Assembly (NCBI GenBank): GCA_965205865.1
Contig: CBDBHR010000003.1
Location: 61,781 to 125,780 of the forward strand
DNA length: 64,000 nt
Direction of reading: 5' to 3'
Source: a bacterium
GTDB taxonomy: Bacteria; SAR324; NAC60-12
The notes under the pieces are model-generated. The model did not search any database, had not been told where the DNA came from, and worked only from the letters and a program-made list of their open reading frames with translations. Positions 51,827 through 62,502 of this stretch are shown piece by piece. The translations under genes and the position numbers were made by a program. The number at the start of each line of letters is the position of its first letter. The first letter of the stretch is position 1.

Positions 51827-53084
51827 AAAATCCCCCCGCAAGCGGCGGAGTATTAGACCCAAAGGTTCTAACATTTACGTAAATCCGCGGAACTCTGCGG
51901 CCAAAGCAAATAAAGCGTCTCCTGGACTTCCTGAACCGGTTGTGAACAAAACGAAATCCATTTCCAGTCCGGAAAAACCAGAGATTCCGGGTTATTCTCT
52001 GCAGGAGGTCCTTCTTAAAAGCAGCCGGACCCGGCTCTGGCGCGGCAGGCGACAAAGTGACGGGCTTTTGGTCCTGATCAAAGGACCTTCCACTCAGCAG
52101 AGCGCGCAGGAGTTGGCGGAAATACGGCACGAGCATGAGATTACCCAGGCTCTCAAGATCGATGGGGTCCTCAAGTCAGAGGAACTGGCGCAGTGTGAGA
52201 ACGGATGGGCTTTGATCCTGGAAAACACCGAAGGCCTCCCTTTAAGAAAGCTGATGGATGCCGCCCCACTCGACCTGCTGGACTCGCCTAAGGTAGCGGT
52301 TTCACTGGCCGGCACCCTGGAAGAAGTACACCGGCAGGGCATCTTGCATAAAATGATCAACCCGTTGAATATTTTTGCCGATCCGGCATCGGGAACGGTC
52401 AAACTGAGCGGCTTCGGCCTGGCTACACGGCTTCTCCGGGAAAATCCGAATACGTTGAGTCCTCAGCTTAGCGGGGAAACCTTGCCCTATATCGCCCCCG
52501 AGCAGACCGGCCGGATGAACCGCCCACTCGATTATCGCAGTGATTTTTATTCCCTGGGCGCCACCCTTTACGAACTTTTCAGCGGAAGATTGCCTTTCGG
52601 ATCCCGGGAGGCCATGGAAATCATCCACGCTCACATTGCCCGGCAGCCTGTACCCCTGGACAAGATTACGCCGCATCTACCCAAAACCCTTTCCCATATG
52701 GTGATGAAACTGATGGCCAAGCGTGCCGAGGCGCGCTACCAGCGTCACTCGGGCCTGGCAGCCGATCTCTTAGCATGTGTGGATCAACTCGAAAACCGTG
52801 GGAACCTGTCCGACTTTCCCCTGGCTCACCAGGACGTTTCCAAAGAACTGCAGATCGCCCCGGGGCTTTATGGCCGGGAGAATGAAATCACCGCTCTGCA
52901 GGCCGCCCTGGAGCGAATCAGCCAGGGAGCGACAGAGATGGTAATGGTCTCGAGAACCGCCGGTGTCGGCAAAACCACCCTGGTCGGTGAAATCCACAAG
53001 TCCGTGGACCAAAAAAACGGCTTCTTCATCTCCGGCAAGTTTGACCAGATCCGGCACAATATCTCTTACTCGTGTGTACGATGA
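51735..53084 (+). pseudogene. truncated paralog of the 2116-aa protein (linker, pseudokinase, start of ATPase)
   Basis: Closely matches about 29190-30295 at nucleotide and protein level; breaks off after SGKFDQIRHNI. Confidence 0.88.
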
Positions 53085-53207
53085 AAAGACCGGTGAGTTA
53101 GTCGCCGGCGGAATGCCACTTTACACCCCCCTCTTCAAATGGTAAGGTCATCTGTAAATTTTTGATTTTCCTAATGCCGTTCCCGCTTTTTATTACCAGG
53201 GGGACTT

Positions 53208-55199
53208 ATGAGTCACAAACCGAAAGGGCACCACATCGTACGAGAAAACCGTCTGCCGGGTCATCCCTCAACTGAGTGGGACATTAACGGCTGGGGTGAT
53301 CCGACGATTCAGGGCTTCGGTCACGATATCAGCATCAACCGTGGCGAGACGATCTTCTTCAAGATCAAAACCGACTCGGACGACTATCGCATCGACATCT
53401 ATCGCATGGGCTATTACAGTGGCATGGGCGCGCGTCGCGTCGACACCATCAGGCCGTCCGTCGATCTGCCGCAAACGCAACCCGAGGGCTTGCGAGATCC
53501 GGCTACGCACCTGTACGACTGCGGCAACTGGGCGGTCTCCGCATCGTGGCAAGCGCCGCAGGATGCGACTTCCGGGATCTACTTCGCACGGCTGATCCGG
53601 CAGGATTTCGCAGGCGAAAGCTGGCGTGCGGACAACAGCCGAGCAGAGCCCGCGCAAGCGCCTGCGCCTGCGCCACATTCCTATGGCGCGCTGGGATACG
53701 GCCGACTAACGAACGCGCTGCACGAGCCCCGTGCAAGTCACATCTACTTCGTTGTGCGCGACGACGACAGCCACTCCGACATTCTGTTCCAAACGTCTGA
53801 TACCACCTGGCAGGCCTACAACCGCTACGGTGGACACAGCGCCTACGGCCGGCTCCATCCGGAGCACCCCCGCGGCCATGGCGGCGAGCCACGTGCGTAC
53901 AAGGTGAGCTACAATCGTCCTCTTGAGACGCGACATTATCGCGCCGTCAACACGGTGTTCAACGCCGAGTATCCGTGCGTGCGCTTTCTCGAGGCCAATG
54001 GCTACGATGTCAGCTATTTCACCGGAGTCGACAGCGATCGGCGTGGTGAGCGGATCTTGCAGCACCGGCTCTTTCTTTCGGTCGGTCACGACGAGTATTG
54101 GTCGTTGGACCAACGGCGTCACGTCGAAGCCGCGCGTGATGCCGGTGTCAATCTGGCCTTTTTCAGCGGTAACGAAGTGTTTTGGAAAACGCGTTGGGAG
54201 TCTAACATCGAGGGCTCCGGCGACGATCACCGCACCTTGGTCACGTACAAAGAAACCCATGCCAATGCTAAGATTGACCCGGTCGCCGAGGTCTGGACCG
54301 GGACTTGGCGCGATTCCCGGCCGTTCAATCCGGAAGGGCCGCAGCCGGAAAACGCGCTGACCGGGACCATCTTCACAGTCAACGCCTGGCGTAACGACCC
54401 ACTCATCGTGCCGGCCGAATACGCACCCCTGCGGTTTTGGCGCAACACGGCAGTAGCCAAGCTCAAATCCGGCGAGAAAGCAGTCTTGCTCAAGGGGCTG
54501 CTCGGACACGAGTGGGACGAAGATCTGGACAACGGCTTCCGTCCGCCCGGTTTGTTTCGTCTGTCCGAGACCATCGTCCACAACCTGCCATACATTCAAG
54601 ACCACGGCTCGGTGTACGACTCCGGCACTGCGACCCATCACTTGACGTTGTATCGGCACAAAAGCGGTGCGTTAGTGTTCGGTGCCGGTACGGTGCAATG
54701 GGCTTGGGGTTTGGATGCGCACCACGATACCGAGACCGGGGTACCGCCGGAGCGTGCCAATGACAACTCCACCCGGGTTGGCGTCGACCTGAATGGTCCC
54801 GATCAAAACGTCCGGCAAGCCACCGTGAATCTTTTTGCGGACATGGGAGTGCAGCTGGCGACGCTGCAGCAAGACCTCGAACCGGCGACGGCCTCCACCG
54901 ACACCGAACCCCCGACCTCGAAGATTCAACATCCTACCGACGGCGCGAAGGTTGCGCTCGGTGAGATGACGATTCGCGGTACGGCGACGGATGCCGGTGG
55001 AGGACAGGTAGCTGCCGTCGAAGTGTCGACCGACGATGGCGCCACCTGGCACCCCACGCTCGAGCGCGAGAGCTGGAGCTACCAGTGGCTGGCGCAAGAA
55101 GCGGGACATGTCACCATCTTGAGCCGCGCCGTGGACGACAGTGGTAACCTGGAACGACCGTCAGCGAGTGTACGAGTGACCGTCGGTCCGGCGACCTGA
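53208..55199 (+). CDS. N,N-dimethylformamidase beta-subunit-like domain protein with C-terminal Ig-like domain
   Basis: IDIYRMGYY, FVVRDD, TWQAYNRYGG, VSYNRP, LSVGHDEYWS, GHEWD, VFGAGTVQW; tail GTATDAGGGQVAAVEVSTD..SRAVDDSGNLE. Confidence 0.85.
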   Translation: MSHKPKGHHIVRENRLPGHPSTEWDINGWGDPTIQGFGHDISINRGETIFFKIKTDSDDYRIDIYRMGYYSGMGARRVDTIRPSVDLPQTQPEGLRDPATHLYDCGNWAVSASWQAPQDATSGIYFARLIRQDFAGESWRADNSRAEPAQAPAPAPHSYGALGYGRLTNALHEPRASHIYFVVRDDDSHSDILFQTSDTTWQAYNRYGGHSAYGRLHPEHPRGHGGEPRAYKVSYNRPLETRHYRAVNTVFNAEYPCVRFLEANGYDVSYFTGVDSDRRGERILQHRLFLSVGHDEYWSLDQRRHVEAARDAGVNLAFFSGNEVFWKTRWESNIEGSGDDHRTLVTYKETHANAKIDPVAEVWTGTWRDSRPFNPEGPQPENALTGTIFTVNAWRNDPLIVPAEYAPLRFWRNTAVAKLKSGEKAVLLKGLLGHEWDEDLDNGFRPPGLFRLSETIVHNLPYIQDHGSVYDSGTATHHLTLYRHKSGALVFGAGTVQWAWGLDAHHDTETGVPPERANDNSTRVGVDLNGPDQNVRQATVNLFADMGVQLATLQQDLEPATASTDTEPPTSKIQHPTDGAKVALGEMTIRGTATDAGGGQVAAVEVSTDDGATWHPTLERESWSYQWLAQEAGHVTILSRAVDDSGNLERPSASVRVTVGPAT

Positions 55200-55221
55200 T
55201 GGGGATTATCGGGCGACGAGC

Positions 55222-55480
55222 TCAGTAAGGCCATTCACTTAGGTTTGTCTTACCTAAAATCACAGCACCGGCTTCCCGAAGTTTTTGGGCGACAAATGAA
55301 TCCTGGGAAGCAATTGAACCAACAAGAGCCAAAGAGCCGGCCGTCGTCATCATTTGATCGGCCCTATCGATATTGTCTTTGATAAGAACAGGGATGCCGT
55401 GCAATGGGCCACGGGGGCCCCTATCTTTACGCTCTGTGTCTAGAGAGTCGGCAAGGACCAAAGCCTCAGGATTAGTGTGA
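55222..55480 (-). pseudogene. amidase N-terminal fragment
   Basis: RGPLHGIPVLIKDNID..TTAGSLAL..GAVILGKTNLSEW, truncated at both ends. Confidence 0.85.
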
Positions 55481-55518
55481 TCACCCAGAACCACCGCACG
55501 CCCCTAAGAAGGAATGGA

Positions 55519-56210
55519 GTCACCGTAAAGAACTGACTTATAGTGGTTTCCAGCCACCTTTCGTCATTCCTCCGGTACAGATCCGGACGTGCGCTGCTAA
55601 CGCATCCGGCTCCTGCTTCGAGTCAGACGCTCAAACGTTGCCGTTTGGCGCACTCTGCTTAAACCGCTCTCTGATTTTACCGGCCTCTGAGTTCCGAACA
55701 CAGGAGGGCAAGCAGAATTCCTCTCAGCCAAGTCCCTTTGCTCCACAGGCTCCGTTGATTTCCTTTGCATTGTTACTCTCTGCAAATGATCTCATTGTTC
55801 GCCGCTTCATCGCTACTACGAACTTGTCCGACTTCCTGAAGACGTAGATATCGGGGTTATTTATTAATTTTCCCGATCCGACTACCAATGGAATGTTGAC
55901 AGTCATCTTCAGGATCTCCCATGTTCCGGTCAAGAAACTTCCACACATGCACCGGGTCTTTGACTCCGCCAGGCTCAGCCGAGACTCACGCTAACGTCTT
56001 CGGTTGATATTGCCTTCCCCACCAGACCACAAGGTCAGCGCCTGAAACTATGATTTCGGAGCTCAATACCGAGCCTATGTTCTCCCCTGTCAACGCTTAG
56101 CGCCTATCCTTGCGAATAACCACTCATGACTCGGGGACTCGGCGGGTCGTTACTGCCTTACCGAGTAAGAGACTTTCACTCTCTATTTCTTACCAGCTTT
56201 CCTGGCGCAC
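55519..56210 (-). ncRNA. ORF-less group II intron (about 690 nt)
   Basis: 5' GTGCGCCAGGAAAGCTGG at 56210; DV GAGCCGGATGCGTTAGCAGCGCACGTCCGGATC near 55582-55614; probable 3' end ...TTTACGGTGAC (approximate). Confidence 0.8.
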
Positions 56211-56444
56211 GGTCCTATCCCCATTACATCTGAGAGATGAAACTTTGAAAAAGACATCTCAAGTCGTTGTCGATATAATTCAAGAATTACTTAACGAGTT
56301 CAATCAAAAGAAAGATGTTGTTGAAATAAGGTAATTTGTAAGAATTTTCTATAATTTGCGTAATTTTTGAGAATTCTATACAATGAGATTACTCAATGTT
56401 TAATTGTTTCAAAATAACACAAGCAACACTAGAAAAAGGTAGGA

Positions 56445-56693
56445 ATGGAAATTGTAACAACCGTTCGAGATTTACCAACAGAAATTCAAAAGCACCATTT
56501 GGAGCCAGATGTTCAGGTACGTGTGATTGTGGAAGAAATTCCTAAATTGTTATCAAAAAAAAGTAAGAATACTTCACGAAAATTTCCTTTTCTGGATGCT
56601 CCTATATGGGAAGGGAATGAAGATTCACCGACAGATATTTCTACAAATGTTGATCACTATTTGTACGATGATGTAGATCCACATGGCTCATAA
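56445..56693 (+). CDS. putative antitoxin (VapB-like)
   Basis: C-terminal PTDISTNVDHYLY motif; overlaps the PIN gene. Confidence 0.75.
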   Translation: MEIVTTVRDLPTEIQKHHLEPDVQVRVIVEEIPKLLSKKSKNTSRKFPFLDAPIWEGNEDSPTDISTNVDHYLYDDVDPHGS

Positions 56694-57108
56694 AATCTTT
56701 GTAGATACAGGCGCTTTTTTTGCCCGCTTCTATCGCCGTGACCAATATCACAATGATGCAGTTTCGATATGGAACCATTTAGAGAGTGAGTCCGTAGATC
56801 TCATCACAACAGGATATGTGCTTGCAGAATTTACTTCCCTTCTTGCAAGACGTACAAGTCATGAATATACTTCTCAAATCCTACCCCTTGTTTACAATCC
56901 AGGAATCTTCAATATTGAAAATGTTATTGAGGCGGATGAACAAAGGGCAATCAAGCTTTTTGCTAAATATGCTGACCAGAATATAGGATTTGTTGATTGT
57001 CTTTCCTTTTCGGTCATGGAGCGTTTAAAAATCGGGCAAGCATTCACTTTCGACAAAAAACACTTTGGATTTGCTGGTTTTGAAATTCTTTCACCCCCAT
57101 ATTTTTGA
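56683..57108 (+). CDS. vapC: VapC/PIN-domain toxin
   Basis: IFVDTGAF, DQYH, VLAE, FVDCLSFSVM, AFTFDKKHF. Confidence 0.9.
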   Translation: MAHKIFVDTGAFFARFYRRDQYHNDAVSIWNHLESESVDLITTGYVLAEFTSLLARRTSHEYTSQILPLVYNPGIFNIENVIEADEQRAIKLFAKYADQNIGFVDCLSFSVMERLKIGQAFTFDKKHFGFAGFEILSPPYF

Positions 57109-57509
57109 TCTCCAATTTTATAGCAACTAATCACATCTAATCATTAAGCTGTATTGCTGCTAGGCAAAAACGGCTTTGCAATCGTTTTATCAATTTGTTA
57201 GACGTTGTCGGCCAGGAATTGTTGCGCCCCATCCACGATTAGATGTCGCAACTCGATCATGGTCATGAGGTCCGTGTGCAGCTTGCCGCCAGCGGCGTAG
57301 ATGCGGTTGAGCCTTAATCGTAGTCGGCATCGCCAGCAAATCATACTCATTAAGAACCTTGTCATACGACGCTCTCAGCAGTCTACTCAGATTGATTGCC
57401 TTTCCATCTTTTCAGGTCGAGGCCCGTCTCAGCAGGCGTACTGGTAACCCAATCCTTCTCCGGATAGATAATCCAGTCAAGTATCTTGTTTGGCATTGAT
57501 TATATCTCC

Positions 57510-59464
57510 TTAACCTCCCTTTATATATTTATTCATCCAATCTAATAAGGCCTCATTCTGTGCTTTTTGGACGTTAATCGGTCCGTTTATCGAAGCCACA
57601 TGCGACATTCCTGGGAAGCGGATCATCTCGGTGATGCAGCCGTTGGCTTTGAGGTGGGTGTAGAACTGCTCCGATTGACCGGCCGGGCAACGGTAATCGG
57701 CTTCACCCTGAATTAATAAGGTCGGCGTTGCGCAGCGATGGGCGTACGTGATGGGGGAGCTGCGCCGGTACAAGTCCGGAATCTCATGCGGCTTGCCGCC
57801 CAACTCGCTTAATGATCCATAGGGACCCATGTCGGCAGTGCCATAGTGGCTTACCAGTTCGGTGATTGGGTTCTCGGCAACAGCGGCTTTGAAGCGATCG
57901 GTCTGGCCAACGGTGAAGCAGGTCAAAAAACCGCCATAGGAGCGTCCGCATATCCCCAAGCGGTCAGGATCGGAAAAGCCTTTTTCGATCAAATAGTCCA
58001 CCCCTGCCATAAGGTCTTTATAGTCCATCACCCCCCAGTTGCCGGATAGCGCGGTTGCGAAGGCATCGCCATAGCCGGTCGAGCCGCGCGGGTTGGTGAA
58101 TAACACGGCATAGCCGGCCCCGGCAAGCATCTGGAAGTCGCTTCCGTACTGGTATCCGTACCAGCCATGCGGACCGCCATAGATGTAGAGAATGGTCGGA
58201 TAAGGAGGTTCCCCTGTGCTGGGTACGAGCAGCCACCCCTCGATCTGGCTGCCTTCCGCGTTTTCATAGAGCAGATGCTCGACCTTCGGGAACGCAATCT
58301 CAGCGATGTGCCGGCTATTGACTTGGGTAATCTGGCGTTCCTCTGAGCCGTCCAGGTTGGCAATACATAGCTCACCGGGATTTTCCAGGGTACTGGAGAG
58401 GAACAGCATACGTTTGTCATCCGCATCCTGAAGAGAAACCGCTCTTTCGCCACCGATGAGCGGCTGCCAATGAGGGTCTCCTGCCAATGCTACTGAGTAA
58501 ATACCTTTTGTGCCTTCCCTTACGACATTGACCAGAGCCGCAGTTTCTGCGTTTAACATCTTTCCGGCACCGAACACCGGATACCACTGGACCTCAACGC
58601 CCCAATTCAAGGCCTTGGTACGATTTTCAGTCGCGCCACCTTCACGGTCGATAATCCAGAGATCGTCCTTGGTGCCCATCGGTTGCTCTCCAGTTGCGGC
58701 TGCGAAAACGATCCGTCGCCCATCGGGTGTCCAGTTGGCATTTTTAATAAAACCCCAGTCGAGTCCCAGTATTTTATCAACTTTACCCTCCCCTGGAACC
58801 TGTTCCACCTTCGCCACACGCAGTTTGGTGAAGAACAGCTCGGGACGATCAGGATCATGGGAGGCCAGGTATGGAATTTCACGGCCGTTCGGTGACCAAC
58901 GCAGAGTGCGATTGAGCTGCGCATCATCTGTGAGTTGTTGGGGCTCACCGCCGTCGACTGCCTGGATGTAGATATTTTGCACAGCCTTATCCAGGTAGCC
59001 AGTGCCGTCAAACAGGTAGACATAGCGTGTGAGGCGGTACGGTTCCTTTGGGTCCGGAGGGTCAGCATCCAGACCGGCAGTAAAGGCAATGGTTTGTCCA
59101 TCCGGTGACCAGACAGGCCCCCCCCCTACTTAAGGTCGGTCAACCGGCGGGCATCTCCGCCATCGATTGGCATCAAATATATCTGCTGTTGGCCATCGCG
59201 GTTGAAAAGGAAAGTGATCTGCTTCCCATCCGGAGACCATTCAGGCGAGGTGTTGTTCTTATTTCCGTAGGTCAACCGGCGAGTTTCTCCGTTCTCCAAG
59301 CTGACCCGCCAGAGGGAGGTGACGATCTCTTCTTTTTCGATATCGTTCTGCGTTAGTTCGTAGACCACCCACTTGCCGTCCGGAGTGATTCTGGCGCTTC
59401 CGATAAATGCATAGCGCAGCTCATCCAGGGGTTCAAAGCTGCGTTTTTGGTTTGTGTCTGACAT
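57510..59464 (-). pseudogene. S9-family (acylaminoacyl/prolyl oligo)peptidase, frameshifted in the N-terminal propeller
   Basis: WSPDG repeats, YGGPH, NPRGSTGYG, nucleophile GRSYGG, GEADYRC, SH; split over three frames. Confidence 0.85.
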
Positions 59465-59600
59465 TTATTTTCTCCACTAGGGTTTAGGCGTTCAATAAAT
59501 AATCAAGCTCAGGTGATTATTTGCATACGATGTCAGCCCCAGCACCTTCCACAGCCGCTGTCCACATAGTTACTATGTAAAACAGACAGTCTCAGAGGGT

Positions 59601-60441
59601 TGTGCGTATTCCGCTCACTTCGATCACTGATTCCGCTAGACTTCGATCACCCCTTCGGAGCGAAGCGACGCTCTCTTTAAACAACTTTTAATTCATTGCA
59701 TAGAATTGGTCAACTTGGATCTTTTTTTTCTGACCGACTCTCCTTTCAATTGAAGTATATAGGCATTGCGCACTACTCGGTCGAGGATGGCATCAGCCAG
59801 AGTGGGATCTCCGATGATCTGATGCCATTTTTCCACAGGAAGTTGAGCGGTAATAATAGTTGAACCTCGGTTGTGGCGATCATCGAGGATTTCCAAAATA
59901 TCGCGTCTTTCCTGGTCGTCAAAGACAGAGAATCCCCAGTCGTCTAAAATAATCAAATCCATTCGCGCCATCTGGTTGATCATTTTCAGATAGGAGCCAT
60001 CTCCTCTGGCTAAGGCCAACTGGGGCAGCAATCGAGGGATTCTCAAGTATTTGACTCGGGCTCCCTGCAAACAAGCTGATGTCCCAGGGCACAAGCAATA
60101 TAACTTTTCCCGATACCGGTTGGTCCGCAGATGAGGATATTGAGATGTTCTTTAATCCACTGGCCGCTGTAGAGGGATTGCATCAGAGCAGGATCTAATC
60201 CTCTGGGCAGCGTATGGTCAATGTCCTGGATACAGGCTTGTTGTCGCAAAGCAGCCTGTTTCAGTCCGGATTGCATACGACTGTTTTCTCTTTCACTGGC
60301 TTCCCGATCCACCAGCAAGCCCAAGCTTTCTTCAAAACTCAAACGCTCATACTGACTGGAGGACATTTGTTCTTGGAAAGCTTGGGCCATTCCCCAAAAC
60401 TTCATAGATTTCAATTTTTCAAAAGTAATGTTTGGCTTCAT
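59601..60441 (-). mobile_element. istB: IS21-family remnant: right end plus frameshifted istB, istA absent
   Basis: GPTGIGKSYIACALG, LIILDDWG, IGDPTLADAILDR; terminal TGCGTATTCCG with repeated ATTCCGCT..ACTTCGATCAC. Confidence 0.88.
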
Positions 60442-60455
60442 ACTGACTCCTGCAA

Positions 60456-61412
60456 TTACTCTGTCGCGACATCGCCGGGTCCGAAGACTTTCAAGATCTC
60501 GACGTCGTCAGAGGCACCTGTTTCGTTATGAATAATCTCGGGCGGTAGAAAGAAACTGTCTCCTGCTCTGAAGGTTAATGTCCCTTCCACCCCTTCAATC
60601 TCGAAACTGGTCCACCCCTTGAGCACATAGTTGAAATGAAAGTCATAGTGATTACGGTGCATAACAATCGTAGCTTTAACACCTACCACATTATCTTTTT
60701 TGCGTAATTCCGGGTTCCATTTGAGAATGTGTGCGTGGAATTGTCCGCCTGTTGCTTCTGCGAGGCCAAGGTCGGCATATAGCACGTTGCCCCGCATGCC
60801 CGGTAAAAATTCACGAACCTTCTGACTAGGGTGACGACCTTCGGCAGTTTGTGTCGTGCAGACTGGTGTCTGCTTGTTCCATCCTTTCAGATATTGATTT
60901 TCATTCTCTTTTTTGGTCATGTCATTAACAGACTTCCCGTGCCCGACTCCTTCCTCCAATTGCTTTGTTGCGACATTGGCGGGTGCCTGAAACGACAAGA
61001 TCTCGACGTCGTCAAAGGCACCAGTTTCGTTATGAAGAATCCAGTGCGGTAGAAAGAAACTATCGCCCGCTCTGAAGGTGAATGTCCCTTCCACCCCGTC
61101 AATCTCGAAACTGGTCCACCCCTTGAGCACATAGTTGAAATGAAAGTCATAATGATTACGGTGCATAACAATCGTAGGTTTAACACCTACCACATTATCT
61201 TTTTTGCGTAATTCCGGGTTCCATTTGAGAATGTGTGCGTGGAATTGTCCACCTGTTGCTTCTACGAGGCCAAGGTCGCTATATAGCACGTTCCCCCGGA
61301 AACCCGATCCAAATTCCTGAACCTTCTGACCAGGGTGACGGCCTTCGGCAGTTTGTACCGTGAAGGCTGGTGTCTGCTTGTTCTATCCCTTCAAATATTG
61401 TTTATCACCCAT
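60456..61412 (-). pseudogene. tandemly duplicated cupin (bicupin) with an in-frame TAG at codon 10
   Basis: Two highly similar units (YxDLGL..ATGGQFHAH..MHRNHYDFHFNYVLKGW..GDSFFLP..HNE); QYLKG*NKQTP in unit 1 versus QYLKGWNKQTP in unit 2. Confidence 0.8.
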
Positions 61413-61470
61413 TTTATAGCTACTTTGGTTAAGTGAAGGTTATGAATGCTAAGGCGGTCTGGATGATCGC

Positions 61471-62349
61471 CTAGCGTTTCCGTGGCCCGAGCGCGATGTG
61501 ATCGTGCGTGAGCTCGGGCCACGCGGCGGGACGCGAGCAGGCTGCCGCGGCCGCGTCGAAGTCGATATCGGGATCCCAGTTTGCGGCGATGTAACGCCGG
61601 CCGGTCACGTTGTCGCCTGCCTCGGCGCATAACCAGATCATCGGCGGCGCCATGCACTCGGGATCGATCAGGTCACTGCGCGCATACGGCGCCTCTTTCG
61701 GTATCATCGGCGTGTCCACCCCCCCGCCCGGCAGGACCACGTTCACGGTGACGCCGGTGCCGCGGAACTCGCCAGCTTGGCTCACGGACATCGCCTCCAT
61801 ACCGGCCTTGGAAGCCCCGTAGGGTTGCCCACCGACAAACAGCATCCCGTTGAAGCTCGTCGTTACGTTGATGATTCGGCCGTAGCCCTGATCGACCATG
61901 TGTGGCAGCACGTTGTAGCTCAGGTACCACGCACCGGAGAGGTTGACGCCCACGATCCGATCCCAAACTTGCGGACTCAGCTCGTCGGTCCTGACAGGTT
62001 GCGTCAGATAGTCCGGGCGCACGGAATTCATGCTGACGCCCGCGTTGTTCACGAGCGCGTGCACGGCGCCGAAAGTGTCGAGTGTCGACTCGACGCAGCT
62101 CGCGCAAGCCCGCGAGTCGGCAACGTCGGTCTCGATCGGCATCAGCTGCCGCTGGGTCACGCCGTCCTCGGCGAGCCCGGCGACGAGCCTCGCGAGCGCC
62201 GCCTCGCTGACGTCGACGGCAGTGACCTTTGCACCTTCGTTCAGGAAAGCCCTCGTCAGCCGCGATCCGATGCCGCCGCCGCCCCCCGTGATGATCGCTA
62301 CCTTGCCATCCAGTCGGCCTCCCATAAGTGTTCGTGATTTTGATTTCAT
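61471..62349 (-). CDS. short-chain dehydrogenase/reductase
   Basis: TGGGGGIG, LVNNAG, YGASK, NVVLPGG. Confidence 0.9.
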   Translation of the reverse strand: MKSKSRTLMGGRLDGKVAIITGGGGGIGSRLTRAFLNEGAKVTAVDVSEAALARLVAGLAEDGVTQRQLMPIETDVADSRACASCVESTLDTFGAVHALVNNAGVSMNSVRPDYLTQPVRTDELSPQVWDRIVGVNLSGAWYLSYNVLPHMVDQGYGRIINVTTSFNGMLFVGGQPYGASKAGMEAMSVSQAGEFRGTGVTVNVVLPGGGVDTPMIPKEAPYARSDLIDPECMAPPMIWLCAEAGDNVTGRRYIAANWDPDIDFDAAAAACSRPAAWPELTHDHIALGPRKR

Positions 62350-62424
62350 GCTACCTTTTCAAGATCTGTGGAAGCCGCTCGTGATGAGATTGAAACAATT
62401 TCTGAGTTTTTCGATACATGCCTC

Positions 62425-62502
62425 TCACCCTGTTAGATCAACACTGGCCAAGAATTGTGGAGGCTGGCGTTGGGTAGCCTGCTCGTAAGCATAGGCTAAT
62501 CG
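62425..62502 (-). pseudogene. amidase C-terminal remnant
   Basis: RLAYAYEQATQRQPPQF resembles the amidase C-terminal AYAYEQAT..R.PP motif. Confidence 0.6.

Noticed and set aside
8755-54659. Long antisense ORFs (e.g. 8755-9681, 40368-41042, 45742-46704, 53706-54659)
   Set aside because: They shadow well-supported genes on the opposite strand and contain no recognisable motifs.
61383-61385. Pyrrolysine or other programmed amber readthrough
   Set aside because: The aligned codon is TGG, one transition away, and no pyl genes are in the window.
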